Assembly (NCBI GenBank): GCA_964252035.1
Contig: OZ176203.1
DNA length: 64,000 bases
Source of the DNA: Podarcis erhardii
Lineage: Eukaryota
Reading direction: 5' to 3' (one strand)
This document shows, in pieces, positions 1-13,489 of the stretch (positions within the stretch are counted from its first letter, which is position 1; each line of letters starts with the position of its first letter). The notes beneath the pieces are model-generated. The model was not told the DNA's origin. It did no database searches and saw only the letters and a program-made list of their open reading frames with translations. Made by a program: the position numbers and the translations under genes.

Positions 1-271
1 AGTATAGAAACTCCCTTCTGGGACAATGTAAAGATTTTCAAGTGCTGCCTGGACCAGATTAATGGATGCAGAGGAATGTGCCTCAAAATATCAGTATCTG
101 GTGATTTATATGTAGTCACATATTTTGAATCATTTAACCTAAGTTCATGAATCATAGAAAATTTACACCCAGATTTAGGTCTGTTTTTTTTTAAAAAAAA
201 CTTCCTTAGTTTTGTAGTCAATAAAACACAACAGAAATGCAGCTTTGTATATTACACAAGCATAGCTTACA

Positions 272-322
272 TGGGTTAGCGGAGTCTGTAACCTGAAGCG
301 TCTGTAACCCGAGGTACCACTG
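272..322. mobile_element. One end of a Tc1/mariner-type MITE (same family as 28322, 29399, 31208, 37511)
   Basis: gggttagcggagtctgtaacctgaagcgtctgtaacccgaggtaccactg followed by TA matches the terminal part of the full copies; the rest is missing. Confidence 0.85.
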
Positions 323-324
323 TA

Positions 325-485
325 GTTGCTTTGGAAGACGATCATCAGGCATCCGCACAACATGACCAGTCCAACGAAGTTGATGTTGAAAAATCATTGC
401 TTTAACACGGGTGATCTTTGCTTCTTCCAGTACACCTTCTAGTTCGCCTGTCTTCCCAAGTAATGTGTGAAATGTTTCAGAGACA
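325..485 (-). mobile_element. RTE-clade LINE fragment (C-terminal to RT)
   Basis: Minus-strand translation HITWEDRRT..(frameshift)..VLEEAKITRVKAMIFQHQLRWTGHVVRMPDDRLPKQL contains the LRW.GHV.RM...RLPK motif typical of RTE-like LINEs; it ends at the MITE TA site. Confidence 0.75.
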
Positions 486-2239
486 CCACTGATGAAATCT
501 TTCAAGGAGTTGGAGATGGCGTTTATAAGTGGTCCGTGTTTCACAAGCATATAGCAAGGTTGGTAATACAATAGCTTTGTAAACAAGCATTTTGGTTTCC
601 CTTGTATGAATTTTGGTGAATACTACTTAATAGTAATGCTTCCATTCTTTAGCGTTAGAAGCAGAAAATGTCAGAACTGTGTGTGCCACTACGCTTGTCT
701 TTGGGTTTATACATGTTTTTTAGTCATACAGAAGCAAGCTTTAGAAAAAGAGTAAATGATATATACAAAAAAGAATTCATTCTTCCAATTTTCCTTCTAG
801 GATTAATTAAATTGTTAGAATTATTTTTTTCCAGTATTTCTAGAATGATAGATGACAGGTGTCCACCACCTATGTTTTCCCAAGCCCCTGCCTTTAAATT
901 ATTTTCTGGTCTGGGGCTCTAAGCAGTGTTAGATGGCTGGGTATGGCCACCACAATGCTCCTGACATAGTGTTGCTTCAGGTGTTCTGAGATGTTAAAAT
1001 TTTGTTTGTTTGTGTATTAAATTTGTATACTGCCCTATACTCATAGAGCTCAGGGTGGTTCACAACATAAAATATAAAAACACAAAATACATACTAAAAA
1101 TAATAACAAAGACAAACCAATTTCACAAATGGGGAGTCACTGCAGAAAAGATCCATTCTTATGTTGCCACCCTCTGGACCTCTCATGGAGGAGGCACACA
1201 AAGAAGGCCTCAGAAGGTGATCTCAGGGTCTGGGTAGGTTCATATGGAGAGAGGCGGTCTTAAATCCAGCTGCTGGGAGCAATTGTTGCCCACTGCTGCC
1301 TGCTAAGTTCACCTGGCCTACCCATGGAGGTGGCTTATCAGATGGCGTTTTGCCTAGGAGCCACCCATACATGGAGCCAAGTGCTACTCATGTGAAGCAG
1401 GAATGAAAGGTCTGATTGTGATATGAGAAATCCAACTAAAAAGAGAGGTTGCAATTGTAAATATTCCTGCTGCAAGCGGTGATACTAGGCTGCCATCCTA
1501 ACCATGTCAACTCAGAAGTAAATCCCATTTAATCCAATAGGATTTACTCCAGGGTAAGTGGAGTTAGGATCGCAGCCTTAATTCTGAGCGAATAAGTCTC
1601 ATGTTAGGCTGCCAGTGATGCAACTTTAGACTAAACGTATTAGCGTTAGAACTTTTCCTCCCCTTTTTATGCATCAAAGCAGGATCACACATTCTCCCTC
1701 TCCACAGCTCTCTACGGCACTCAAAGCATCCAGCGGAACGGCCAGGATCCCCAAGCAAGGCTTGTTATACAAAGATCCTATCTGATGGAATAAGACCCTG
1801 AGCTGGGTTTAACCCGGAATTTGTTCACATGACCCAGGGACCATCTGGCGCTTGCAGTGAATGCAAAGCAGGGAGATCAACTCGGAAGGTATCGACTTCA
1901 GAAAGTCAGGGAAACAGCTGCTTTTGTATCCATTTCAGGTAGACCAACCCACCCACATGTACTGGAGCGACACACTCTCAGCCCTTTCATCAAAGCATGA
2001 AAATGGTTGCTGTAATCATATTTTTGTGTGGACTCTGTGAGGAAAAACGTGGGCGTTGCAGAATTCAAAGCAGGAGAGATTCCCCGTTATCAATGTAGCT
2101 GGAGAGAAGAGGGAAGATCTGGGGTATCTAGGAGATTTGGGGAACTAAATAGAAGGGCATGGCTATGGTACACATTCCTAAGCATGTTTACTGTAAAGTA
2201 ATATCCTGTGAAATCAATGTGATTTGCACATAAATGTGT

Positions 2240-2614
2240 NNNNNNNNNNNNNNNNNNNNNNNNNNNNNNNNNNNNNNNNNNNNNNNNNNNNNNNNNNNNN
2301 NNNNNNNNNNNNNNNNNNNNNNNNNNNNNNNNNNNNNNNNNNNNNNNNNNNNNNNNNNNNNNNNNNNNNNNNNNNNNNNNNNNNNNNNNNNNNNNNNNNN
2401 NNNNNNNNNNNNNNNNNNNNNNNNNNNNNNNNNNNNNNNNNNNNNNNNNNNNNNNNNNNNNNNNNNNNNNNNNNNNNNNNNNNNNNNNNNNNNNNNNNNN
2501 NNNNNNNNNNNNNNNNNNNNNNNNNNNNNNNNNNNNNNNNNNNNNNNNNNNNNNNNNNNNNNNNNNNNNNNNNNNNNNNNNNNNNNNNNNNNNNNNNNNN
2601 NNNNNNNNNNNNNN
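2240..2614. other. Assembly gap (375 N)
   Basis: Run of N. Confidence 1.
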
Positions 2615-3877
2615 GCAGGAATACCATTAGAAAGAGCAAAGCAGACAATGACAACACAAGTGTTTCAGGCTTGGATTACAGGAAATATGCTGGTATTTTC
2701 TACAGAGATTAAAAAGTGACAAAGGTAGGAAGAGATTACAAGGCTATCACCCTGATCCTAAACATATATATTCTGGAGAAAAGCTATGAAAAACCTTTTC
2801 AGCCTGAGGGCCACACTGCAAATTTACGAATCATTACTTTCATCTAAACATAAATGCAGTACACATCATAGCAGGGAAGACTGTGACCAGGTGAGCAGAT
2901 TTTTTAATATGTGTTTTTCCATACAGGGTTTTTTTATTTTATTATAACAATCTAATTTCTGATTTATTTATAGGGGGGGGGGCTGTTTCTGTGTGTAGAT
3001 CCACTCTATGTTTCTTCAGCGATCCCACTGGAAAAGAAAGGCAGGTCTATATTTTCTAGTCAGGAGCTTCAAAACCCAGGGCAGATACCATATTCCCTAA
3101 TGGGTGCTATTGCAAAAGGACTGTGCTAAGGTGGTGTAAGACTGTACTGAGCAGGAACTGTTGAAACTTCTTCCCCAAGCCATTGACATAAGCAGCAGAA
3201 ACTGGCAGCATCTGGGCACAGCAGTGGTTGGGTTTACAGGAGATAAGGAGGCTGAGAGCATCTGTGTAGCACTGCAGCCTTTGCTGCAGAACAGGCCCTT
3301 GGAGTCAGAGGCCATTTTCCTGTGTGACCCTAAGAAGTGCAATTTTGAGCTTCTCTCACACTTTTCGGGTCTCACATGAATACTGTTAACACAAGACAGT
3401 TCTCCGAGGGGAAACAGAATGTAAATGGCAGCCAGTGCAGGTTTTTCATTCCCAATAAGAGCCAATTTAAACCTCACATGTAAAAATGACCTAAGCGCAC
3501 TTGTAAGGCCTCTACAGTTGTAAGATTTTCCTACATGGGAGGACTTTGGGAATGATTCCCATAGAGGAATACCCATTTAAAGTATTGCATCAGAACTGGC
3601 TTCCCACACGGATGTTTCAGAGACATCTGCAGCTGTGACCTGTCAAGAACTGTAATTAATTTTTCTGTGTGGGGAGGGGAGGAATTCCCAAACAAATTCT
3701 CCAGCTAAAGGTGATGTCCAGTGCTAGGCATACTCAAGAGTAGACCTACTGAAATAATTTATGTTGCCTAATGTAGTTTCCAACACATACACATTCCCAG
3801 CTGTGGGTGCTGCTGGAGAGAAAGTTTTTAGGGGAAATTAGATTTAGAAGTGTTTAATTTGTCATGCTGATACATAA

Positions 3878-4027
3878 TAGGAACATAGGAAGCTGCCTTG
3901 TCCACACTGTGTGGCAAAGGCTCTCCAGGACTTCAGGCAGGGTTTTCTCTCCCAGCCTTACCTGTAGATGAGCCAGGGACGTTCTGCATGCAAATCAGAT
4001 GCCCTACCACTGAGCTACGGCTCATCC
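3878..4027 (-). mobile_element. tRNA-derived SINE with CR1-like tail, internally deleted
   Basis: Reverse complement gives a tRNA-like head (ccgtagctcagtggtagggcatctgatttgcatgcagaa) and tail gcagcttcctatgttccta; homologous to 21305-21492. Confidence 0.65.
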
Positions 4028-4696
4028 TCTGTTATTCTTTTCCAGATACGGGCAACTCCACAGGGTTACTTTCCAAAACCCTACATAAATCAGTAGAATT
4101 GCATAAAATGCCTGTCAGCTCAACAAGGCCCTGTGCATCAACTGAGCTGGTCAAGGAAGCCCTGCTTTCCCTCCGGCTCACGCAAGTCCAAAAGGCGGCG
4201 GGTCTTGCACAGCTGGTGTGCGGGGAAGCTTCTTCCCCGTGCACCAGCTGAGCAGGCCAAGAAGACCTGGGGCCCTTCTGGCTCATGCAAGTCAAAAGTG
4301 AAGCGGGGCTTCCCAGCTAACAGCTGACATGTGGGAAAGTGCAGCAGTAGCAAGCACTTTCCTGTGTGTCACCTGTTAGCCAGGAGCCTCAGCAAAGCCC
4401 CACTGTGCCTCCAGCTTGTGAGGAGACCCTTGCTTAGGCTCATCAGGTCTCTCCCCCCACTTCTAGGTTTCTGGAGCCCTGGGTTTCTGGAGCCCTGGGT
4501 TTCTGGGGCTGTGCATATGCAGGGTCCCACATGAATTGAACATGCATAAATGGGGGGGGGATGCCTGTAATGATCACATTTTAATTTCTTTGAACACCCA
4601 TTTGAAAGATTTCAGAATTCTATGTGCCACCCCAAGCCATTTCTCCATGTGAGGCAGAGGCAAGGCCTACCACTACCACCTACCTCGGCTACTACT

Positions 4697-4954
4697 TGTT
4701 ATGTACTGAAGTTCTCACCCTGGGCCAGCAGGGGGATACTGTAGATAGTTCATGTCCACATATGCAAATAAGGGATTGAAAGTGACGTTCAGTGATTGGA
4801 TAGTTACAGAAAGTTGTTACAGTTACGTTGTACTGGAGCTCTATATAAGCAGGCTGGCTGAACCCTTCAGTTCAGTTCTGTTCTGACCTGTGAACAAACA
4901 AGAGCTGTTTGGAGAATCGCTGTGTCGTCTGATATGTTCACCCACAACTTAACA
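4697..4954 (+). mobile_element. Solo LTR (258 bp)
   Basis: TGTTA...TAACA termini, perfect 5-bp TSD CTACT (4692-4696, 4955-4959), internal TATATAA near 4842. Confidence 0.85.
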
Positions 4955-7900
4955 CTACTCACTCAGTCTCACCAAGTCACTGGTGGTACAGAGAAGCCAC
5001 CCAAGTCTCATGACCCATAGAGAAGCCTCACAAGACTTTGCCCAGTCTGTTCCAAGTATTTGTTAGATGAGGCTTAGAGGAGTCTTATTTTAGGTCTCTC
5101 CCCATATAACCCAGTCTCAGGCTGCCTCCCATTATTCAGAATTCATCCTGATTTGCTTGTACATAGATTACAAGGTGGTTAGACTATGTCTGCCTTTATT
5201 GAGTGTTCATTCTGATTTGTTTACAGAAGGATTATATGACAAGGATAGGGTTGCCATGTTTCAAAAAGTAAAATTCCTGACACCTGCTTTTTTTAGGAAG
5301 ATCCCAGAATTGTTGAGCTTTAAGGTTTTTGGGGGACAAACCACAAACCCAAATTGTTGAACTTTTTTGAGGAAACTTACCCCCAAAAGAGATTTTAAGC
5401 TTTTTGAGCTGTTTCCACTGCTTTTTTCCATCATGTTGCCATACATCCAGGTTTTCCCTGACATCTCCCCTGACGCCATTTTTATACCCGAAAACACCCG
5501 AAATGGTTTTACCCCACCATTTCAATGCATTTCCCCATCACTTTCTAAACGGCAAAACATCTGGTGGGAGTTAAAAGAGGATTTGTTGTGTGAGTGTAAC
5601 AGAGCAAAATAATCTTCTTTAATGTCACAAATGTCTGGCTTGCGCTAAATAGTGGGAATGTGGAGATGCCCTCAGCCTGCCTGATCTGGAGTTCCATCTG
5701 CACACCCAGCCAAGTGCTGGTGACCATGGAGTAACCCTGACCAGGCAGGAAATTCCCTTTGCTCATTTATTCTATCTCTTTTTGAAACATAGAAGCAGCT
5801 GAACCTCAGTCCAAAGAAAAAGCGAGCCCACCAGTGGCATTTCATTGCCTGGTCAGCAGTGACTTGTGTGGCATGGCAGGGTGGTCAGTTGTCGGTGACT
5901 CAGTCTGCCACCCCTCCCAGTCTGCCACCTGAGGCAAGAGGTTCAGTGTGGCTCATAGTAGGCCCATGCTACTCTGCATGAGAACTTTAGCCCCACTGCA
6001 TGCACTGCCACTGATCAGCTATGCATGTTCACTATTGTTTCTTAAATACTATCTATATGGATAGTCTTAAACACTCTTATCTCCGCCTGTATTTCAGAAC
6101 TATTCATTTCAGCCTAGCCTGCTGACACTCTGGAGACACGGTTTGTGATGCTATCATGGCGGTTTCTATTTGCTTAGAGCTTTATGTCTCGAAGAAATGA
6201 GATTTTCTCCTTAAATGAAATGATCCTTGGCTTAATTACATTACATATACTTCTAGCAATTCCAGAGCAGAGAGCGTGGCTGAGTGACATTAAGGGCAAA
6301 GGGGGATTTACATTCTTAAAGCTAAATCTAGCCAAAGTAAGCCGCAACCTGACAGATCATTCTCTAGAACTTTCACATTTGAGATGTTGCAGCAAGGCAA
6401 ACCAAATATAAAAAGGACTTGCAGACATTGCTTTATTTACTGAGATATCCATATTAAAACCCACGTATGGTAGCAAAGAATGGCTAAGCACAGCACTATG
6501 GAAATTAGTAGCTGCTCGCTTTCCTTTCTATGCTGAAAAATCCCTGCCTCTCAGTGGTGCCCTATTGACTTCAAAATGAGGGTCTACCCACTAGGGGCTA
6601 AGACATTTACCGTGTATTGAACCTTCTTTCTATTAAGTGCCTAAATTGGACCCATTAATGGAATAACCTAGATAGGGAAAATCTTTGTCCATCTATTAGT
6701 CTTTTCTTTGGTTTTCGTGGGATACAAGGTAAAATACACAAATTAATACAAACATACATAAAATTTGGGGGGAAATACATAGTTTTGTCATTTCTAACTG
6801 TATGTGTAGTTTATACACAATTGTACATAAACTTAGGGATGGGGATGAATTCAATTCAGTCTGCATTTAAAGGCTAGGCTGCCTAATTCTAATTTCCCGA
6901 AACTGAAGCACAGCCACTCTTCCAAAGATGCCAGAGACCATGCAAGCAACAATTGAGCAGAAAGGACACATCTCTCCCTCCCTATCCTTTGGAACCTACC
7001 TGCTCATAGCAGGGCAGGTGTGCCTCCCAAGCCATTCTCATCCTGAAAACACAGTGCCACCCATTCCATAGATTCAATCACAGTTGTTTTGACACAGCAT
7101 CAACTTCCCCAGTCTCCACACCATAGTCCTTTCCCAAGAAGCATAGCACAGGGAGAAAGAGAAACAGCATTAGTGCAACCATTTTGATGTGCCCACCAAC
7201 ACTTGTACTTTACTCTATGAACTACTGCTTCATGGGTGCACAGGAGTGGCTAAATGGAGTAAGTAAGCACTCAAAGTTCTACTTTATGAACAACCTTGTG
7301 CCATTCACACATTGCACTTTAAGTGCACACAAAAGATTTAAAATTGTACATACACAATGTAACTGTAACAAACTCCTGTTGCCAAACACACATATATGAC
7401 ACAAGTATACTCTTCAGAGAGCCAGGATTGCCTGCTGTGTATAACTGACAAGTATACACTTGGTGGCAAATAGCAGTGTTGGTTGCCACACCAGACCCTT
7501 TGTGCCAATGTTTCTCTCTTTCCTGTGTGCTACACAAGATAATAGCCCATAATGGTTCGCATATGCACACATTTCTTGAATAAACATGTGTGGAAGGTTC
7601 AACCTTCATTTGAATCCATAGGTGCACTGTTCTGAGACAAAAGTTGGTAGTTGCAATGCCCCATTGAATGCAATTCAAGGAACATCATTTCAGCAATGCT
7701 TTGCGTAGGTCAGTCCAGCTCTACTTTTGCTCAAGTTCAGAAATTATGCTGAACCATCCCCAGTTTCAAACCCACCCCCCCCAAAAAAAATACATGAATT
7801 AATTGACATGTCAGTCAAATAATACAAAGCACTGCTGAGTTATGAGATGATGCTTGCAGTGCAATCTTCCTCTTGAGCAGCATGTTTTAACTTCGTAATG

Positions 7901-8542
7901 CATAGTGGAACTTTTCTGACAATGGACGGCAACAGTTAGGTGAACAGTTGGAATGCAGCCCAGCTTTGGGGAGGGGCTTGTTTTGATTAGAGACTCCATA
8001 GCATTTTATAAAAGCTCTCAGGAGATCCATAATGTCCAGGTAGAGCAGATGGGAACTTGGCTTCCATCAGCAATTTTTATTGGATTCTTTCCTTAAAAGG
8101 ATAAAGTACTAATTCAACTCAGCTGGAATCTGAGCCCTTTGGAATACTCCACCCTAAACCCATACAAGTATTTTAGACCACTAATTCACCTCATCTCATA
8201 TTTGAAAGTTGTGTTGTGCCAGACATGTCTTTCAAGGCCACCAAAACTCAGCATTTCCCCCCGCCCCTCAAAATAAGTTTGCTTCACCTCCCTTACGTTG
8301 AAAGATGGACTTGTGATTGAAGTGAGTCATCAGGAGACCTTAGTTTAACACATTTCCTGAAACTCTAGGCAAATAGATCCCCTTGGACCAAATCCGATGA
8401 ACAAATAAATGGGGGGGGGGGCAGAATTAATATGAATTATACTATGTTTATGTCAGTGGGTATGAACTCAGTGAACATACATAAAATTTGCAGGATTGAA
8501 GTCCCTAGTGTCTATAATATAGGGTGGTATATGAATTCAATA

Positions 8543-8589
<47 letters not shown>
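8543..8589. repeat. (AAT)n microsatellite
   Basis: Direct reading. Confidence 0.95.
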
Positions 8590-8592
<3 letters not shown>

Positions 8593-9059
8593 TAGTGTTC
8601 CCCAAGGCCACAGTTGGCTGGGAAGTTCTCCATGCCCTTGAGGAACATCTTTTCATTTTAACGAGACTTGCACAGGTGAACTTACTGGTGATCGTGCCCT
8701 GAGTTTCTGCACATAAAATGCTGGCAAACTATCCTTGCCTCTCAGGAATATTTTGAAGAGACACATTTTTTGCTCATTAATTTTGCCATGTGTTTCCTTC
8801 CTTCACAAAATAGAGAGAAAGTCAATATGTACTGTTCTTTTGCTCCAACCTTTCAGTTGACTGAATCCTTCCTTGATAGACTCAGCCACCTTCAGTTAAT
8901 TGGCAAATCATGTGTGCATGCATTTACTTATTTAGTTTACCCTCATTTTTGAAATACAGGAAATCAACTGCAACCTTCCCCCCCCCCCTTGCTGTAAACT
9001 TTCTCCATTTCAGTTTCCCAAGAAAATCCGCAAAGATCATTCCAGGCTAAGGTTTCTTG

Positions 9060-9250
9060 TTATGTTCTTAAGCTGCCATATGTTGGATCAGGCCATTGGT
9101 CCATCTGGGTCAGTATTGTCTTCAGTGAGTGGCAGTGACTCTCCAAGGTTTCAGAAAGGAATCCCTCCCAGCTCTACCAAGAAATGGTGGTGACTGAACC
9201 TGGACACTCAGGCATTCAAAGCATGTGCTCTATCACTGAGCTATGGCCTT
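9060..9250 (-). mobile_element. tRNA-derived SINE with CR1-like tail (old copy)
   Basis: Reverse complement: ggccatagctcagtgatagagcacatgctttg...agatggaccaatggcctgatcc...gcagctt; homologous to 21305-21492. Confidence 0.65.
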
Positions 9251-9452
9251 CCTCTACATTTCATTGCCCACTTTCTTCTCCACAGTACTTCACCAGGTTT
9301 CAAACTGTGTTCTTTAGAAGCTTACTGGAGAGCTTGGTAGTGGCAGTCAAGTTTACACAAAAGATATATAGACTTTTGCTGGTTTTGCCCTATGTACAGC
9401 AAACACTCAATTCTCACAGGGACAACAGTGATGCGCAACAATATTTCAAGTA

Positions 9453-9703
9453 CAGTCGTACCTTGGAAGTCGAATGGAATCTCTTTCGGAAGTCTGTTCA
9501 ACTTCCAAAGCATTCAAAAACCAAAGTGTGGCTTCTGATTGGCTGCAGGAAGCTCCTGCAGCCAATCAGAAACTGTGGAAGCCCCGTCAGACGTTTGGCT
9601 TCCAAAAGAATGTTTGAAAACCGGAGCAGTCATTTCTGGGTTTCAATCGTTCGGGAGCCAAAACGTTCGAGAAGTAGGCTGTTCAAAAACCAAGGTATGA
9701 CTG
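9453..9703. mobile_element. Tc1/mariner (Tigger-like) MITE, 251 bp
   Basis: TIRs cagtcgtaccttgg / ccaaggtatgactg with TA on both sides; internal perfect 18-bp inverted repeat at 9533-9571. Confidence 0.85.
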
Positions 9704-11985
9704 TATACACATTTATAAAGCCTAGCCCATGGATTCAATGGAGCTTATTTCCAAGTATGTGTATTTTTGGGTTCAGTGTGTAATATTAGGGCCACTGGCC
9801 AGTTCAAACATTTGTTAACATGGAAATTCTCTACATGTGTGAGGGAAGTTGCAGGCTCACAACCTGAGGTGAATATATGATTCTGCTCCCCCAGGTGCTT
9901 CCTTCTCCCTCAGAAGGGTTGTGTTGGGGGTGCATGGGGAAAGGAGAGGAAGAGGAAGCTTCATTGTGTGAGCAGAAGCCATTCCACTTGTGCAATGTAT
10001 TTCATTTATGTGATGACTTCAATTTTTATTTTATTTTTTAAATTGAAAGGATCAGAGAATTGGAATGCTATTATTTTTTCTTATTGGGGGACAATGTCCC
10101 CCAAAGCAGGCCTCTGTGTTATGAAAGCTAATGCAGTAGTCATTTCATATACAGTATTTGGTGGGTTAACTTGGTAGTGGTAGTTCCCCCTATCTTATCC
10201 CAGATTACTCAAAGTCTCAACAAATAGATAAATTGAGTTTTTGCTTCTGTCACATCACAAAACCCAGAATTTACAACTGACATTAAGGGAGTTGCGCAGT
10301 GACCACTCAAAAAAATCTGACATTTTAAATATATCTCATGTTATCTTTACCACCCCAGGCATATTGGTGCGCATGCTCTTGTAGCATGCTTACAATCTGC
10401 ACTCCCTGCTCCCTGCCCCTGGCTCAAAGTAGGCCTCTGTGTTATCAGAAATGGCAGGAAATGGCCATTTCATATATGTGTCCCTCAGCAAGGAAGAGAG
10501 GGGAAACTGCCACAACCATTATAACTCACCAACTATTGTGTCTTTTTGTTGAAGGGGAAAGTCTAATTAATGCAAGTCAACAAAGCAACTTGTAATAAGA
10601 AAGTGGTCTGATTTTAGATATGGTCCAAATTTAAAAGACAACTAGTATAGAGCAAAACCCATCTCTGAAGGACACAGCCTGTGGTAACTTGATATATTCA
10701 TTCCCAGCGCAGCCTCCTTCTCCGCTGATTACAAGTCTCCACTAGTGTTTGCAGGACAGATTAGCCATTCTCCTCATATATAAGAGACACTGTTCAAAGA
10801 GGTTGGAACGCAGCTGCCTCTTTACAGACTTTACCTAGTTTTCAAAAGGACAAGGATCATGCGGCGGAGGGATGTATGCCTCTGCAAGAGAAAATCTAAA
10901 TTAATCTTCATAGAAAACGGAGGGTCTTGTTTGGATCTAGCAGAAAAGAAGAGCCACTTGTAGGTGAAATCTTCTTAAGACCAAAGTGGAATCCTGTGAA
11001 AATTCGGGTCTGCAAAACTTCCTAGGCATGGCAGACAAAAGAAATTAGCTTTCTGAATAAAAGGTTCTTGGTTTAAATTTAAAAGTTTCTTGCCATGAGA
11101 GCCACTGCACTGCCAAATGTCTGAGAATGTAGCATCTAATCCTCCTATCTAGTTACTGCAATAGCTGTGGCTGCTTTTTGTGTTTTTCTTAGTAGCTCTC
11201 TACTTCTTTATATTCTTTCCTTTCTTTCTCTTCCTCCTTGGAGAAGAGGCAGGATAGTACATTTCATTTGGAAATGAGAAAATAAATCAATAAAACGAGT
11301 GCAGCTTCAAGGTTCGTGAGATACAATTCAATATCCTGCAGGGGCTCGCTCCTGGTTTTAAATCTTCCTTTCTCCCTCGTGAAACTTTCAGATTGGCCTA
11401 TAGGTACAGAAACTGAACTTACTTAGATAACAAGAATCAAAAATAGCACAGGCTAGCTACCCTGCTGCCCTGATCATTCATGAATAAGTCTGCGGCAGCC
11501 AATACATTCAATATTTGAACTTCCATTGGCTGCAATCCTGCAAACAGCTGACTGCTTACAAGCCCCATAAGAATTGATGGGCCTCAGCACACACCGGATT
11601 GCAAGTCTGGTGCTTGGGAGCATAACAGTTGTTTACAAGAACGAAGAGTTGGCACTTGACAGAGATAGCTCTACTTTATCAAATGGCTGGTGACTATTAG
11701 CATCTTTTCACTAGTCCCAACAGACTATGTGCAGCAACAACGTTAATGGGAATCAACAGACAAAGTTTGTAAGATAGTGCATCCATTCATTCTCTCTCTG
11801 TGGTATTTATTTACACATACACATAGTACTGTGTTCATGGCTTTCAGGTCAGGGGACAAACTAAATGTAGGCAAGAGAAAAACTAGAAACTAAGGAAGTG
11901 AATAAGTATTTTCCCTTTCTTCTTGCTTCTCAAATGACCCCCTACAAATTCTTCTTCTTATGAAAAGCCGCATAACCTCCTCTAT

Positions 11986-12336
11986 AAAGGTAAAGGGACC
12001 CGTGACCATTAGGTCCAGTCATGACCGACTCTAGGGTTGTGGCGCTCATCTCGCTTTATTGGCCGAGGGAGCCGGCGTACAGCTTCCAGGTCATGTGACC
12101 AGCATGACTAAGCCGCTTCTGGTGAACCAGAACATCACACGGAAATGCCGTTTACCTTCCCGCTGGAGTGGTACCTATTAATCTACTTGCACTTTGACGT
12201 GCTTTCAAACTGCTAGGTTGGCAGGAGCAGGGACTGAAGAATGGGAGCTCACCACGTCACAGGGATTTGAACCGCCGACCTTCTGATCGGCAAGTCCTAG
12301 GCTCTGTGGTTTAACCCACAGCGCCACCCACGTCCC
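11986..12336 (-). mobile_element. Sauria SINE, full length
   Basis: Characteristic aaaggtaaagggacc...tgggttaaaccacagagcctagg sequence; diverged TSD-like flanks ataacctcctctata / atagcctccccata; homologous to 23397-23750. Confidence 0.9.
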
Positions 12337-13489
12337 ATAGCCTCCCCATAGCCTTTGAGCTATTTCATCCAAAGTCCACTTGAATCAACTGACTTTAGAA
12401 CAACTGGTCCCATCTCCAGCATTTTCCCAAAATCTGTTGGACAGTGCAACTGGTTATAGGTGACTCCCAGCACAGGCATAGCCGGGGGCGGGGGGCAGCC
12501 CTCTAATTTGAAATATACTAGCTAGTTAGTTATGATGATTTGAGTAGTGCATGTTAAAGTGTTATCTATCTCAGACTCTCACAAATCAAAACAAATTTTG
12601 AGTGGGATCATTGAAGGACGCTTAAGTCTTAGGTTTGTGAACTGGACACTCAAGGTGGATGTCTCTACCATTAGCTCTATAGGCTTTTAATATGTGTTGT
12701 GGTGCCAAAAAGATATGGTATATTTATATGAAGGAAATGGGTTGTAGGGAGAATCCAGGGCTTGCCTGCAGAGTAGAAGGAAAAGAGGACCTTTTTCTGC
12801 CTCCCCACTTCCAACCAGTCTCTAAAGACTGCAGAAGGGACCCTCTTAAGAATATTAGGGGGGTGGGCAGGGGAAGCATAGCTTTGTTTTTTTAAGTCTT
12901 CAGATGAGGACTAGACCATGTGAAAAATGAATATAAGATTTTAGCAGCAGTTCATTCATTTTCAGCTTTGTATTCTTGTTATAAAAAGTGCGCCTAGACA
13001 TTCTGTTGTTGCGCCCATAACCTAGGTGCCATTTAGCTCCTAGCTTCCGTATCTCAGTTTCTAACGCTGACTGGTCTTTAACTAAAGCCAGGTGGCAGCA
13101 CTGGTGATGACAGTGATGAACAAGAGCAAGTGCCACTTCTGAGGAAAGTTCACCATTGAAAAGCTTTTCCTGGGTTGATGCCATTATGCTATTCCCTCTC
13201 CAAGAACATCCATTAAGGTATGACATAACTGCAAGCTTCTCCAGAGAACCTATTTATTGTGCATTCATGCACAAAAACTATGCAGAGGTTAGCTATATTT
13301 GGTCTTTAATAAGGGTGTTTATATGTCTTCTTGAAGGAATGGGTGTCTGTGCAGTAAGTTTAAAACTGACTCAAACCCCCCCCCCTTTTCTTCTTTCTCC
13401 AAGAGAGTACTCTAAAATGCGTAAAACTTGAGCTGTTGAGCAAAAGCATAACAAGGATACAGCTGCATAAACAAGCTCTCTCCTTTATC

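Noticed and set aside
2214-2719. Long ORFs at 2214-2719 and 16254-16631
   Set aside because: Artefacts of N runs.
3137-3379. Protein-like frame EQELLKLLPQAIDISSRNWQHLG...
   Set aside because: No recognised family, no ATG or polypyrimidine acceptor, and it is bounded by stops.
9184-9783. 199-aa ORF
   Set aside because: It runs through a SINE head and a MITE, with no recognisable domain.
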